From positions 620,001 through 684,000 of the forward strand of contig BAAIJX010000004.1 of NCBI GenBank assembly GCA_054600435.1: a stretch of DNA of 64,000 nt. Direction: 5' to 3'. Below are positions 48,748 through 60,844 of this stretch, piece by piece (positions within the stretch are counted from its first letter, which is position 1; each line of letters begins with the position of its first letter). The DNA is from Neophaeotheca triangularis (lineage: Eukaryota). Below the pieces are notes generated by a model, which saw nothing but the letters and a program-made list of their open reading frames with translations, did not search any database and was not told the origin of the DNA. The position numbers and the translations under genes were made by a program.

Positions 48748-51300
48748 CTAACACCAACTAAACACCGGCCCCCTCGTCTGCAGCACCTCCAACCTCTCAA
48801 CAATAACCTTCCTCTGCCTCCTCCCCCCACCGCCCACAGCATGAATGCCCAAATCCCCGTCCTCAAAACCCCCACCGGCACCGTACTCACCACCACCATC
48901 ATCTCCATCATCTCCTTCTTCTTCCTCGTAACCGCTGCGGCTGAAGAAGCCGGGTCCATGGATGCCAGAACCCCGGCGAAAGCCCGCCAGAGAGAACCGC
49001 CGTGGCCTGGTGCGCTGTCCGCTATTGATCGAGGGGGAAGCGTTGGGGCTAGCGGGCTCGCGGTTTTGGGCGAAAGAGGCATCGTAGGAGAAGCGTGTCG
49101 AGGGCGTTGCGGGAGCGGGTTGCCCAACAGTGCGTGAGCGCCGGGCATCCGGGCGCGTGGGCGTGTTTGTGTAGAGGAGAGAATTGCGGGAAGTTTGTTG
49201 TGGGGAGTAGTCGGAAGAATGGGTGGGGTTCGCGGTGATGGAAGTGTTGGTCTCGTGACGAGGGGAGTTGAAAGGATTATTGTTGAGCTCGGTAGTGGAG
49301 AGGTTGAGGAGGTCGGAAGAGTTAGCCGTAGTGGTAGTGGCGGTAGCGGGGTTCATGGCAGTAGTAGTTGTGGGCGCGGAACCGTAGTACGCGGCGCTGA
49401 TGTCCATTTCCTCGTGGTCGTCGCCTGAGGCGCTTTGTTGACGGCGCGCAGCGGCTTCAGCGAGCCGGCGCATTTCCTCGCTCGGACGCTGCAGGGGCAC
49501 GGCGACGGGGACGTCGACGAGGTCGTCCCAAACACATACTCTGCTTCTCCGACACAGTTCCAACGGGCCTAGACCCTCGGCTTTAAGAGTCTCAACAACG
49601 TTCCAGGCCTGGCCTTTCATGACGGCCATTTGGCGCGCGAACATGCGTTCTTTGAAGTCCGAGTCGCGTTCAAAAACTTCGCGGAGTCGGATTTGGGTCG
49701 CGCTCCACCAGGTTTTGGAAGTGAGAAGGGGGAGAAAGTGGGCTTTGGTGGCGGGCGAGAAGGGACGGCCGATAAGGGTTACTGGGAGGAAGAGCCAGCC
49801 AAAGGGGTAGGAGCGCCATTGGTCGGGGTGTTTCCAGGGCCAGGAGAGGGAGTTGTCGATGGCGCCGATGTGGGGGACCGGGGTGGAGGAGGAGGGGGTG
49901 GAGGGAGGTGGGGTTGTTGTCATAGATTCGTGGCGGCGGTGATACCCGTTGGGTTGGCGCTGCTGTTGTTGATCGTCGTCGAAGTCGGGAGGTTTGGTTA
50001 CGATGCTTGCTTGTTGGGTCGCGGTGTCGACGCGGATCATCCAATTATCAGTCCCACGGTCGGTGTTGCGCATGATGTAGTCGAGGATGACTAGTTTCTC
50101 AAGTTGTAGTCGGAAGCTTTGTTGTAGCTCTTCACTCCAGAATTCACGCTTGGCTTTGGTCCGCTCTTTCGCTGTCAGCCCTCTTTCTTCATCCTCGCTG
50201 TCCACTTCCGTATCCTCCTCTCCGGCATCCCCACCCCCGCGTTGCGGTCTACACTCCTCCGCCCAACGCCTCTTCTTCCTCTTCGGCGCTCCCTTGAAAC
50301 TGGAATTATGCTGATCCGGCCAAGGGTGTTCGCGAAAGAACTCCGTAGCCCCTTTGTACCCCTTCAAGAAGCATTGAAAAGACCCCAGCTTCTCGGGTAA
50401 AGGCTTCTTTTTCCGATAATACGCCCTCCTATCCCAGTAATCATAGTAGAAGCTCTTCGAGCTCAAACCGACAACGTCAGTATAAGGCACCAGGCCCGTT
50501 CTCAATTGACAATCCAAAACATAAGCCGCCGCTTCGCTAACATACGACAGATTAGGAATCAAGCAAGCCCGCCCGAAGAAGAAAGGGAACAAATTCCGAT
50601 GTATCCATTTCGTCCACTTGGGATTCTTACTCGCGTACGGCTCTTCATCCTTTGGTTTGAAAACCCCCAAGATCTTGCCGCTGGTATTCCTCGCAAAATA
50701 ACTCCCACTACTCCCCTGACTGATGAGCGTGGGATGCATGCCTAGCTCGATAGCCGTGCGTACACTTTCCACGATATCATCAAACTCCATCTTGGACAAC
50801 CTCTCCACATCCGTCGCGGCCTGCAAATCATCCCGTTCGAGCTCCTCTTTAGTCGCCGGTTTGATGCCCTCTGGCGGTTGGAAAACTGAGCTGTATATCT
50901 CAAGATGCTCTTCCTCGTTGCTCTTCCCCTTGACCCTTCGCCGGTGAAAACGCTGTTTTATCTCGTCAGCCCAGCGCTCGAGACGGGCGTTGATGGCCTT
51001 GATGTCGACGCCGCTGTTAGTTCGACGTCGACGAGGGCGGCGAGGCGATGTGGAGGTTGATGCTGTTGTGGGTGCTTCCGAGGCGAATGTTGCTGTCGAG
51101 TTGGCGTGCATACGTTGTTGGCGAGGTTTGGGCTGGATCGGCGCGTAGGAGGTTTCATCGTTGTAGTCGAGGGAGAGGGTACGTTGGTTGTCGTGAAAGG
51201 GATCGATTTCGTCCGTGTCCGAGTAGGGTTGCTCCTCTTCCTCTTCTTCTGCTTGGGCTATCCGTGCGTAGCCGGAGGTTGGAGGCCGGGTTGGTGCCAT
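48748..51300 (-). CDS. LSB6: Type II phosphatidylinositol 4-kinase
   Basis: ISQGSSGSYF, GVFKPKDEEPY, GRACLIPNLSYVSEAAA, LDYIMRNTDRG, AIDNSL and HPDQWRSYPFGW; C-terminal PVFSWC. Confidence 0.95.
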   Translation of the reverse strand: MAPTRPPTSGYARIAQAEEEEEEQPYSDTDEIDPFHDNQRTLSLDYNDETSYAPIQPKPRQQRMHANSTATFASEAPTTASTSTSPRRPRRRRTNSGVDIKAINARLERWADEIKQRFHRRRVKGKSNEEEHLEIYSSVFQPPEGIKPATKEELERDDLQAATDVERLSKMEFDDIVESVRTAIELGMHPTLISQGSSGSYFARNTSGKILGVFKPKDEEPYASKNPKWTKWIHRNLFPFFFGRACLIPNLSYVSEAAAYVLDCQLRTGLVPYTDVVGLSSKSFYYDYWDRRAYYRKKKPLPEKLGSFQCFLKGYKGATEFFREHPWPDQHNSSFKGAPKRKKRRWAEECRPQRGGGDAGEEDTEVDSEDEERGLTAKERTKAKREFWSEELQQSFRLQLEKLVILDYIMRNTDRGTDNWMIRVDTATQQASIVTKPPDFDDDQQQQRQPNGYHRRHESMTTTPPPSTPSSSTPVPHIGAIDNSLSWPWKHPDQWRSYPFGWLFLPVTLIGRPFSPATKAHFLPLLTSKTWWSATQIRLREVFERDSDFKERMFARQMAVMKGQAWNVVETLKAEGLGPLELCRRSRVCVWDDLVDVPVAVPLQRPSEEMRRLAEAAARRQQSASGDDHEEMDISAAYYGSAPTTTTAMNPATATTTTANSSDLLNLSTTELNNNPFNSPRHETNTSITANPTHSSDYSPQQTSRNSLLYTNTPTRPDARRSRTVGQPAPATPSTRFSYDASFAQNREPASPNASPSINSGQRTRPRRFSLAGFRRGSGIHGPGFFSRSGYEEEEGDDGDDGGGEYGAGGGFEDGDLGIHAVGGGGRRQRKVIVERLEVLQTRGPVFSWC

Positions 51301-52144
51301 GTTGGCGGAGGGGGTTGGTGAGTGGTGGTGGTGGTGGTGGTGGTGTTAGTGGGAACGGTGTTGGTAGAAGGGTCGGTGGTGGTGTCGGGCGTCGTGCCTC
51401 GTTCGTGATTAGGCGTAGGAAAGTAGTCCATTCAGTGGTAACAGTCGATGCGAAAATGTTGCCTGATGCCTTTGCTTTCACATGATCCAAAGTCGAGACG
51501 TCTGGAGTCGTTCGTCCGTGTCCGTTATACTAGTACGGGGGCCCCTCGCTAAGCTCAGGTACCTGCCGAATGCGGATGAGGCTCTGCGGTGGTGGGCGCC
51601 TTCCCGATGGTGCGACGCGCTCCGACTGGTTGGAAAATGGAGCACACTATCTTAGGGATGCAAGCAGGGTGATTCGCGATCAAACAGCTACTTTACCTTA
51701 TAACACCTTAGTGTTGGATGTATATGTATATGTATGCAGGAAGACATATATGTACGATGTGTGTGGATAGTCTAGAGCATGATATGATGGGCCGATGCCC
51801 GACTTCTGTGACCTGCCTGGTCCAACACCGCCGACGCAAGGGGCCGATTTGCCAATCTGTTATCGAGATTAGATAGGCATGATAAGGGGTTGTTTTCCCT
51901 TATCTCAATGGCTGCCATCTGCTCTCCCTCCTCCCATCAATGCTCCTAACCAGACGCGTTGTTCCTGTCTACCGCCTCAACCTCACTCTGTTCTTTACCG
52001 GTACTCTGCTTTGCAAGAGTCTGAATCCATCCTCGACTCTCCCAACATTGCTTTTGGACCAGTACCATAACTAGCACTTCTTACTGCTGCCTCCCTCGCT
52101 CCCTCGCAACTCTTATCGACTCGGAAAGCCGATCGACCAACTCA

Positions 52145-54496
52145 ATGGCAATGCTACAATACGCCCCGGCTCCGCAAGAGCTTCCTCCACCCCGGCGAGA
52201 CGATGCGCCAGCAGGAGAACAAGACACAACCCAAGAGACGAAAGCACCGACACCTCCGCCAGCCAACAACGCTCACGACTACAACACGACCACGACGAAC
52301 CCTCACCTCAAAAGAAGCTTCAGTGGTGAAAGTGGACCGCAACAAACATTACAGAGGGAAACATCTCAAGGCTCGCTGTCTGCGTTGGCCAGTTTGGCGG
52401 CCAGTGTGCCTGCCGCGACCATCTCGAGGTAAGTCGACTTCTCTTATCTCTGTCGTATCTAATCAGGGATTCGGCCGTCTCTGGATGATGCGCTGTCTGG
52501 TGGCATGTTCGCGTGGTCGTAAGGATGCGACTTGCCCTTGATACTGCTCGAGACAATGCATACGAAATGTGTCTCGACTCTTATCAGCAAGCATGCCCGC
52601 GAAAAAAGACCAGGCCGACATGTCACGGGTGTTCCAAGCCCATGCAGGCGCAGAAGCTCGGAGTCTTGGCGCTGCTGCAGGCCTTATCGCGACTCCTCCA
52701 CCCGGCTTCGACCTTTTGGCTAACCAACTCTCTCTTCCTTTTGCGACAACAGAACAAACTCACCCGCCCCCAACAATAACAACGCCATGAATCAACCGCA
52801 GCAATATGCTCCAGCTGCTACCGCTGGTGGTCAGCAGAATGGACCGGTATGTATCTCTTTTCATCTTATCTTCCAGCCTCGTCTTCACTCGGTAGCGTAT
52901 CTACCTATCTATGCAATCGCGACCGGAGAACTGCCTGCTGCTTATCGACAATCGATACCAACTCGCTATCTAATCGCGACACATGATAGCAGTCGCATCT
53001 CAAGCTAACCGTCTCATCATTTACAGCCAATCTGTCACAACTGCGGAACTTCGACCACCCCGTTATGGCGTCGCGACGAGTCTGGCAGCGTCCTGTGCAA
53101 CGCCTGCGGTCTTTTCCTCAAACTCCACGGTCGCCCTCGCCCCATCTCGCTCAAGACTGATGTCATCAAGAGTCGCAATAGAGTCAAGACGGGTTCTGGT
53201 CAGACCAAGAAGAGAGAGAGCCTCGAGAATCAAAACAACAATGGAGGTCAGAACGGCAACGGCGGCTTCAACGCCTCCCAGCCGGGCGCGGACAACAGTC
53301 TTCTCCCACCGCAGCATCAACACACCCATCATCAACTCCCATACCCGCCTCAACCGCAACAACACCGCCCGGACATTCCCAACATGACCGCCAACCATCA
53401 CTTTGATCGCGCTCCAAGCCCTGGGAGCCGTAGCCATACGCCCAGCCAAAGCCATCAACAGCACAACCCCAACATTGCGCCCCAAAGCATCTTCGATTCC
53501 GTCAGCCTGCCCAACGACACTTTCAACTCCCCATCGCTTGCGTCGTTTACCACCTTGCCTCCGCAGCAACACCAGCACAGCCTCCACCGCGTGCCCTCAA
53601 TCGACCCAAGCACCCTATCTCAAGCTGAGCTCATCCAACAAAACCGCGACCTGCGTACCCGAGTCTCAGAACTCGAGGTCGTCAACGATCTCTACAAAGG
53701 CAGGGTAACGCAACTCGAAGCCAAAACACAGCAACTGCCACAAAACCATCCTCACCAAACCACCGACTCCCAAGAACACCCCAGCAACAACACCGACCCT
53801 TCCACACTCACTTCCCAACTCGCCAACGAACTCGGTCACGATAAAGACTCCACCATCGCGCGCCTTGAACGTGACTTGCGGGCAATGGGAGACAAGGCTA
53901 GGGAGCTGGAGAGAGGTTTCGACGAGCGCTTGGGATTGAGACAAGAGATTGCCATGGGGGAGTTGGAGAGTCAGAATCGAGAGAGGTTGTCAGAGAGGCG
54001 ACAAAGTGGGGAAGAGCAGGGCCAGCAAGCAGAGGAGACAGAGCCTGCGAGAAAGAGACAAAGGGTTGATGAGCGAGCGACCGTTACTCAAGACAGCGTC
54101 GCTGCGGTCGGCCGGAATGGTTACAACATTGAGATGGAAGTCGATCCAGCTCTCGCGTCTACCAGCGACATCAAACCCACCACTACCAACAACCCCGAGC
54201 CATTCGCCCCCTCCAACGTCGCCCTCGCTCCCAACACCACCAATCCCCCTCGTACCTCTACCACCAGTAGTGACAACAACGAAGCCAAGGACTCAACCCA
54301 CGCCCCCACTGGACTTGCCGATTCGCAACCCATTCCGCCAGCAGCAAACCGCATGAGTTCCGAGGAAGTTCATGAGAATGAGCGGATTGAAGCTGAAACT
54401 CAGCGGGCTGTCGATGCTGGTGAGCCGGTTCTGACGGAGAATCGGAAGAAGTTGGGATTTCCGGTTCCGGCTGAGGCGGATGTGTTGGATGTGTAG
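52145..54496 (+). CDS. areB: GATA zinc-finger / leucine-zipper nitrogen regulator (AreB/ASD-4/Dal80 class); exons 52145-52428, 52753-52846 and 53027-54496
   Basis: [50 protein letters not shown] and zipper [23 protein letters not shown]; the three exons join in frame. Confidence 0.92.
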
Positions 54497-55804
54497 GAAT
54501 GTAGGATGAGGTGAGTGGATCGTTCGGTGGATTGGTAGCGTAGATGCATTCGTGGTGGTAGTGGAGTGGTGGTGATGCGGTTCGATTGCTTCAATGGTTG
54601 GGCAGGCGGAGAGGGTTGAAAGGGGGAAGAGGGGTGAGAGGGTGGAAAGGGCGAGGGAGGCGAGGTATCTGGCTTCAGACTTAGGCCGCGGTTGTGCATA
54701 GGAGTAGAGGTGGGAAAGTGTAGCAGAGGTTCGAAGAGCAAAGGGTGATGTGTCGCGAGACAAAGAGTCGACGACGGTTGTGTGTCCATATCTCAGACAA
54801 ACGATAACTTATTCTCCTCGCGCGACAAAGCTGTTCACCAGCACAGCCAGCCAGCCAGCCAACCTTACCCACCACGTTCCCTTTCTTTCCCATCAATCCC
54901 ACCCGCAACCCTTTCGCTCATAGTACTAAGAGTTGAATCAAACACTTCCGACTTCTCTCTCTATCTCTCCATCATAGCCTGTTTCCACCAAGAAAATAGA
55001 CCTCGTTGTTCTCCCAAGGCGATCCGGGGGGCAAGGGGGATTGAAAGCCGCTGACGCAAACCGTCAAAACATCAAAACTGTCGCAATTGTCGAACCAAAA
55101 GCTCCAGCGAAAACCAAAGGGGAAGAAGAAACGGTAATCCGGGATCTACCTACCGTCCTAGCAGTATTCGTGAGGGAAAGCGCCGTCGTGGAGACTGGCG
55201 TAAGATGAGGCAACAAGGTCTGCCCGGATTTCTATCCTATCCTATCCTATCCTATCCTATCCCGTTGCATTCGTACCACCCAACCTCATATCCCGCGCAC
55301 CTACCTACCTGGTCTAGCGGGTGCAAGAAGAGCTGGCTTGCTCTCGAAGCCGAAGTTGCGATTGTCGTGCCCGGTGCGCTGCGTGTGGTGGAGAGCCTGG
55401 CCCGTATTGTTGGGGCCGGTTGGGTAAGCTTGCGGGGATTTGAGGCCATGAGACTCGAGGCCGCAAGGGGTCGTGTGGAAGTAATTTGGGGTATGGCGGT
55501 CTATGTATGTATGTAACTTATCTATTTTTTTTTTTTTAGTTCAGTGCCGAGCGTCGCGTTGCGTGGGCAAGGGCTCTAGGCTTCTACCGTCTATTGTCTG
55601 TCTCTATGCATTCATCCGTCCACAATTCCGTCCATTCGCACAGCCATCTGTAACGGTTTCCCATCCAACCAGTCAATCGCGATGTCCCAAAGCAACCTCT
55701 TCGTCGGCCATGACCTATACAACCGTACCCCTCCGTTCCTCAATACACTTTCTCTCTATCGATCCGCCCAGCCATAGACCATCTCTGCGTCACTCTCTTA
55801 ACGT

Positions 55805-57382
55805 CTACGTCCACTTATCAATCTTCATCGTGCCCGTCTCATTCAACGCCTTGTGCATATCAAAAGCATTCCACAGCAAATGCGGCTCATGGCCCCAACC
55901 CTTCTTCATACACTCAAAATCCGCCTTATCCAAATAACCCGTCAAAATATCACGGTACTCGGGATGAACACACTTGTCCACAATCACGCGCGCTCTCTCT
56001 CGGGGACTCAACCCTCTAACGTCCGCGAGGCCTTGCTCAGTCACGACGACATCGAGGTCGTGTTCCGTCTGATCGACGTGTGTGCACATGGGTACAATGG
56101 TGCTGACGCCCGTGGGGTCGGTCTTGGAGGGCCGCGTGGAGGGTGTGTGCATGATGCTGTATTTCGAAGATCGGAGGAAGTCGGCAGACCCGCCGAGGCC
56201 GTTGAGCATGCGGCTGCCCATGACGCAGGTGCTGTTGGCGTGGGCGTAGAGGTCGACTTCGACGGGCGTGTTCATGCCGATGCAGCCGAGGCGGCGGATG
56301 ATTTCGGGAGAGTTGGAAACTTGTTGCGAGCGCAGGAGGAGCTTGGGTGCGTAGCGTTCCCAGTTGTCGTAGAAGCGTTTGAAACCGTCTGGGGAGAAGC
56401 GGATCGAGGTTGCCGTGGCGAAGTCGAGGTTGCCGCTGTCGAAGAGGTCGAGAAAGCTGTCCTGGAGGACTTCGGTCCAGACTTTGAGGTTCTTGAAGTC
56501 GGCGCCGCCGCTGGCGAGACCACCTACGACTGCGTTCGCGATGTTGCCAATGCCGGATTGGATGGGGAGTAGGTTTTTGGGGAGGCGTCCGCGGGAGACT
56601 TCGTGTTGGAGGAATTCGATCAGGTTGGTGGCAATGGCTCGGGAAGCGTCGTCTTCGGGCGCGTTGGGCTGGGTCTGGTCGGGGTAGTCAGACTCAACGA
56701 GTGCGACGACCTTCTCGGGGTCAATGGGGATGTGCGGGGTGCCTATTCTGTCTTCGGGAGACATAATGAGGTACGGCTTGCGGTTCGGGGGGAGATCGGT
56801 CATGGTGATGTCATGAAGGCCTTCGAAAGAAGGCGCGGCAGTATTGCATTCAATGACAATCTTGTCGGCCATTTGGATGATTTCTGGGGAAGCACCAACA
56901 GAGGCACCAGGAATGATGCCGCCGTCTTCGGTAATGGCGGAGGCTTCAACAATCGCTACGTCTAGTCGGTTGTTGGCCTTCTCGCGTGTGTAGTAGCCGT
57001 ACATCAGATCGACCGGGAACATAGACAAGTGCTTGTCGAAGAACTTGATGTTGCCGTTGTTGATACCCTTGGCGATTTCCTTGCCAACTTGGTGAGGACT
57101 GCGGCGCTCAATCATGTTGTTGCGTGCCCAGCGGTTCTCCGTCTCCGCGCCAGAGGAAGCTCCGACGAAGAGGTTGTACTTGAGCTTGCCTTGGAGGTTG
57201 TTCTTCTCGACATGCTCGGCGAGGGCAATGGGGACCTTTTTGGGGTAGCCTACGCCAGTGAAACCGGACCAGCCGATGTAGGAGTTGTGCGGGAAAAGGT
57301 CGATCAGGTCTTCGGCCTTGCACAGCTTGTTGAGGTAGGAGGGGCGGCGCACACGCGACTTGAGCAATGCGGAGGCGGCCAT
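55805..57382 (-). CDS. ACH1: Acetyl-CoA hydrolase / CoA-transferase
   Basis: [48 protein letters not shown] and [10 protein letters not shown]; intronless, 525 aa. Confidence 0.96.
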   Translation of the reverse strand: MAASALLKSRVRRPSYLNKLCKAEDLIDLFPHNSYIGWSGFTGVGYPKKVPIALAEHVEKNNLQGKLKYNLFVGASSGAETENRWARNNMIERRSPHQVGKEIAKGINNGNIKFFDKHLSMFPVDLMYGYYTREKANNRLDVAIVEASAITEDGGIIPGASVGASPEIIQMADKIVIECNTAAPSFEGLHDITMTDLPPNRKPYLIMSPEDRIGTPHIPIDPEKVVALVESDYPDQTQPNAPEDDASRAIATNLIEFLQHEVSRGRLPKNLLPIQSGIGNIANAVVGGLASGGADFKNLKVWTEVLQDSFLDLFDSGNLDFATATSIRFSPDGFKRFYDNWERYAPKLLLRSQQVSNSPEIIRRLGCIGMNTPVEVDLYAHANSTCVMGSRMLNGLGGSADFLRSSKYSIMHTPSTRPSKTDPTGVSTIVPMCTHVDQTEHDLDVVVTEQGLADVRGLSPRERARVIVDKCVHPEYRDILTGYLDKADFECMKKGWGHEPHLLWNAFDMHKALNETGTMKIDKWT

Positions 57383-58629
57383 GATGGTTAGAGGAGCTCG
57401 GAGGCGGGCTTGACCTGCTCTTCTAAACGACCTATTCGCGAGTGTGGTGGAAAGAAGAGGGAAAAGGGAAGACGATCAGACAAACAAGAAGAAAGTAGAG
57501 ACAGAAGTGGTGTGATCCGCCCTTGGCTCGTCATAACAATGCCCGCTTATCACCTGTTGTCGGTTAAGCAGGACGTGGAACGATATCTAGTCATGCCGGA
57601 CGAATGGAAGCGAGGACCATGACGCAGTTGGCACGGCAGAATCATGGGTGTCAACACATCCCATGATCCTCGCGCTGACTCCGGAGCGATCCATTCAATT
57701 AGCTTGTAAAGTTGTAACATTCTGGAGGTTGTTGTGGAGTTTTTCCCGAAAATGTTGTTTAGCGGTGGAGCTCCCAAGAGGTCTGCTTCAGACTTCAGCC
57801 AAGCGGTGACGTTGGCTGCCACGTGCTTTCGCGTTTGCGGCCGGAAGTCGGAGATGTACCTTGACCATCTTATCTTATCTTATCTAAAACATCGCCTGAT
57901 GACTGCTTGACTCCATCCCATCGTTGTCTAGAGGCATGCCTTTTTAATCCCCTGACATACTGTATCAACTTGACGAGGGTACATTATGGACTATTATCCC
58001 CGGCCTCGATGGCTTTGTCCGCTTCTAGCACGTAGTTAACCGCAAACCTCTATGCTCTTCTAAATGACATGTAGCCTCTAACACGAACCCGGACTCAACG
58101 TTCTCAGCAGCCCGAGACATACATACACTGCCTCACCTCAACTAGTCTCCTTCCGCCACTTCTAATCTGACCATCGTTTCGCAAACTAGAAGGCGAACCG
58201 TCCGAGGAGGACGAACTCTAGGAGGTATGAGATGGCCGTCAGACCAAGGTAGTGCGCGTCGTTCAGCTTAACAGTCGGCACGGATATCGGCGAGCAGAAT
58301 AACAAGATTCGCTCCTTTGGTTCCTCGAGTGCAGTCCTGATGATTTCAACAGTGAAAGGGAGCCGGTGTGACCTCACACCACTTCATTGCCGGAAGCAGG
58401 CTCTATCTAAGCGGGGGCGGAGATGCGCCTCCCCGGCGTGGACTCATAAGTTCTGGAGGCGATACGGCCTTGTCTTCATTCTCGAATGTCTGCCCTTGAG
58501 AGCCGTCGAGCTAGGAGCTGGATGATCATTAGTTTGTGTGCGTCGTGCTGCGTGCATGCCTCTGAATAGACAAGGACGGTATATTTAGATAAGTTATGAA
58601 AATCGGAGTCGTCCGCGCGGCCGGTGGGA

Positions 58630-58868
58630 AAAGAAGAAAAAAAAGGAAAAAAAAAAGAAAAAAAGAGGAAAAGCAAAAAGAAACTCCCAATGGGAGAAGA
58701 AACCACTTAGCAGCAACCGCACCCGAAGGCTGGTTTGCTTTTGCCAAGTGTCATAGAGCTGGGATTCGAACCGCAGTCTTATCTATACCTGGAGAATGGA
58801 ATCTAAGGGGAGTCAGCGAAAGGGGAACGGTCTGTGTGGTTACCAGCCATTAGACCATTGTAATTAAT
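58630..58868 (-). ncRNA. Candidate Pol III-type structured ncRNA or tRNA-derived element (unidentified)
   Basis: A box TGGTCTAATGG (58857-58847), B box GGTTCGAATCCC (58772-58761), C(UUCG)G-capped hairpin (58750-58704), small hairpin (58696-58684) and oligo-T tracts (58683-58630). It does not fold as a cloverleaf. Confidence 0.5.
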
Positions 58869-59789
58869 TCAAGTTTGTTGGGAGGGCGTGTTCATTCCTA
58901 CGTAGTTGGTTTGCGACAGGTTCAATATATATAGTCTGAATACTTTCCCCCAGGAGATACCCATGGATCGCCTATGACTTTGGTGATGGATGAGTGGGTG
59001 CATTACCTGAGGCGGCCTCCTTTTGATAGAGGACTTACAAACAGCGTGTGAAGGTCGTTCTGAGTTCTTTCACATATTTCTCAGCAGTCACTTGTTATGA
59101 ATATCGCGACAGTTTTCTACAACACAGTCCCTTGGGCAGCAAGCACAGGGAGAAAACTTCGAATAGTGTTTCAGCGATTCTTTCTTCTATCAAGCGATAG
59201 CAGCGTAGGGCGTTTATATATTCACGGCGGATAACGGAGCACGGAGCACGTAGCTCGCAGCGCATCCGCTCAGTACTGCTAGTTGCACACCTGGGCCACG
59301 GCGTTGTGTTTGAGGAAGGTAAATAACACAGTCACCGACACTGACGAGTAAGCGAGAGATCCGGAGAAGACGATGGCTTTTTCTAAGTACTTAACTCGCT
59401 TGTACCCAATCCTCCTAGAACACTGACTTCGGTTCACTTAAACAAAGACCTAGATTCCCGGCCTCCGTTTGCATAGATCAAGTGCAGCCCTCTTGAACAA
59501 GCACGTCGATAGCGCTCTTCGAAAGGCCACGCGTATTCCAGGAAGTGTCGGCCGGGCCCAGAAGCAAGAACAAGCGTAAGTGAAAGCTCTTTTACCCTTC
59601 CAACCACTTTTTCATCACTTCAAAGCCTGCATCAGGATAGCCCATAGCGTGTAAAGCCCTGCGAGAACCATCTCAAATTCCATCCGCTAGATTCCGACAT
59701 TCTCACTGCCAGTCACGGAGCGGTCCTGCGAACTCTGAGTCTCTGCCATTCCATTCCAACCCACCCCCGATATAACAGCCTCGGTCAAG

Positions 59790-60548
59790 ATGGCCATCGA
59801 CACTTCCGCTAGCGCTACCGACAAGCTCTTTAAGATTTTCGAGCTCACGGAGCATCTCTTCACCTACTTCGAGCCTAAAGACCTCTTACTCGCCACCCGC
59901 ATCAATACTACTGCCCGCGGTGTCATTCAGAATTCTCTGAAGCTTAGGGTGAAGCTGGTTCTGGCGAAGCCGAGGACACATAGACCAGCATGTTTCAGCA
60001 CTGACGACGATTCCGAGCCTGCTGGTACTGGCGGTACAACTTCTCAAACCAGCGGTGGTCAAGACGCCCTTTCGAATAGCAACCCGGGAAGCGATTCAGA
60101 GAGCCCGGTCAATCCCCTCATTTTGCGAACAGCAACAGTGTCTCAAACAGAACTCGATGACATTGTTCTTGTCAACACGCACGTGCACGGCGATCTCGGA
60201 AAAGCACTGAGACTGACGCTCCCGGCAACAGTGTACAAGATCATCCCCTCACTGAAAGTGATCCAAGACACCTCCAGAGATTGTATCTCTCCCAGCTGCA
60301 CCCTCATGTTCCTTCAACCCTCGGCGCACGCACAGGGCGTCAAGTTTGCCATTTGCGTCGCGATTGGCTCTCGCTGGTATGCGATCCGAGGCTCTTACTA
60401 TGCTGAGTCTGCTTTGAGATGCGGAGAAGTCCTCGAAGCGATCCAAGCACGCCTTGACTGTGTCTTGCCCAATCTCAACGAGGAGCAATTGCGCAAGGTG
60501 CGCTGCTACTTGTGGTTTCACGACTCTCGCCGAGGCATGGGTCAATGA
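59790..60548 (+). CDS. F-box-like fungal protein
   Basis: KLFKIFELTEHLFTYFEPKDLLLATRIN..IQNSLKLRVKL, VNPLIL and SCTLMFLQP. Confidence 0.75.
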   Translation: MAIDTSASATDKLFKIFELTEHLFTYFEPKDLLLATRINTTARGVIQNSLKLRVKLVLAKPRTHRPACFSTDDDSEPAGTGGTTSQTSGGQDALSNSNPGSDSESPVNPLILRTATVSQTELDDIVLVNTHVHGDLGKALRLTLPATVYKIIPSLKVIQDTSRDCISPSCTLMFLQPSAHAQGVKFAICVAIGSRWYAIRGSYYAESALRCGEVLEAIQARLDCVLPNLNEEQLRKVRCYLWFHDSRRGMGQ

Positions 60549-60844
60549 GGACGAGGTGGAGGAGAAGAGGCATCGATCGATGACGGAAGGGCTTGCGGGG
60601 AAGGAACAAAGGGTGTGCGTTTTGTTTTAGAGGGTCTTTGCTGAATGGAAGGGAGGGAAGTGTGGTTGGAATGGAACGAATGAGCATCGATACCCCGATT
60701 TCTCGAACTGCTTCGGTCATTCTTACTCGTACAAGTAGTATGTGAAACAATGGCGATGCAGCATGTTTGCTCTAACTTTTCCTTGTGTAAATATTGCTTT
60801 CCATTGCGTAGGGCCTTCTTTCCGTTCATCAACCTAAACCTCTC

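Noticed and set aside
55235..55260. (CCTAT)n and other microsatellites: CAC at about 41810, GGT at about 45920 and 51322, TCTTA at about 57868
   Set aside because: Ordinary short simple repeats. The TCTTA run reads as tandem GATAA on the minus strand, but there is no further support for function.
58750..58868. Canonical tRNA gene or SRP RNA
   Set aside because: There is no 7-bp acceptor pairing or anticodon arm and the T-stem is bulged. It is too short for SRP RNA and lacks the helix 8 motif. Kept only as an unidentified ncRNA candidate.
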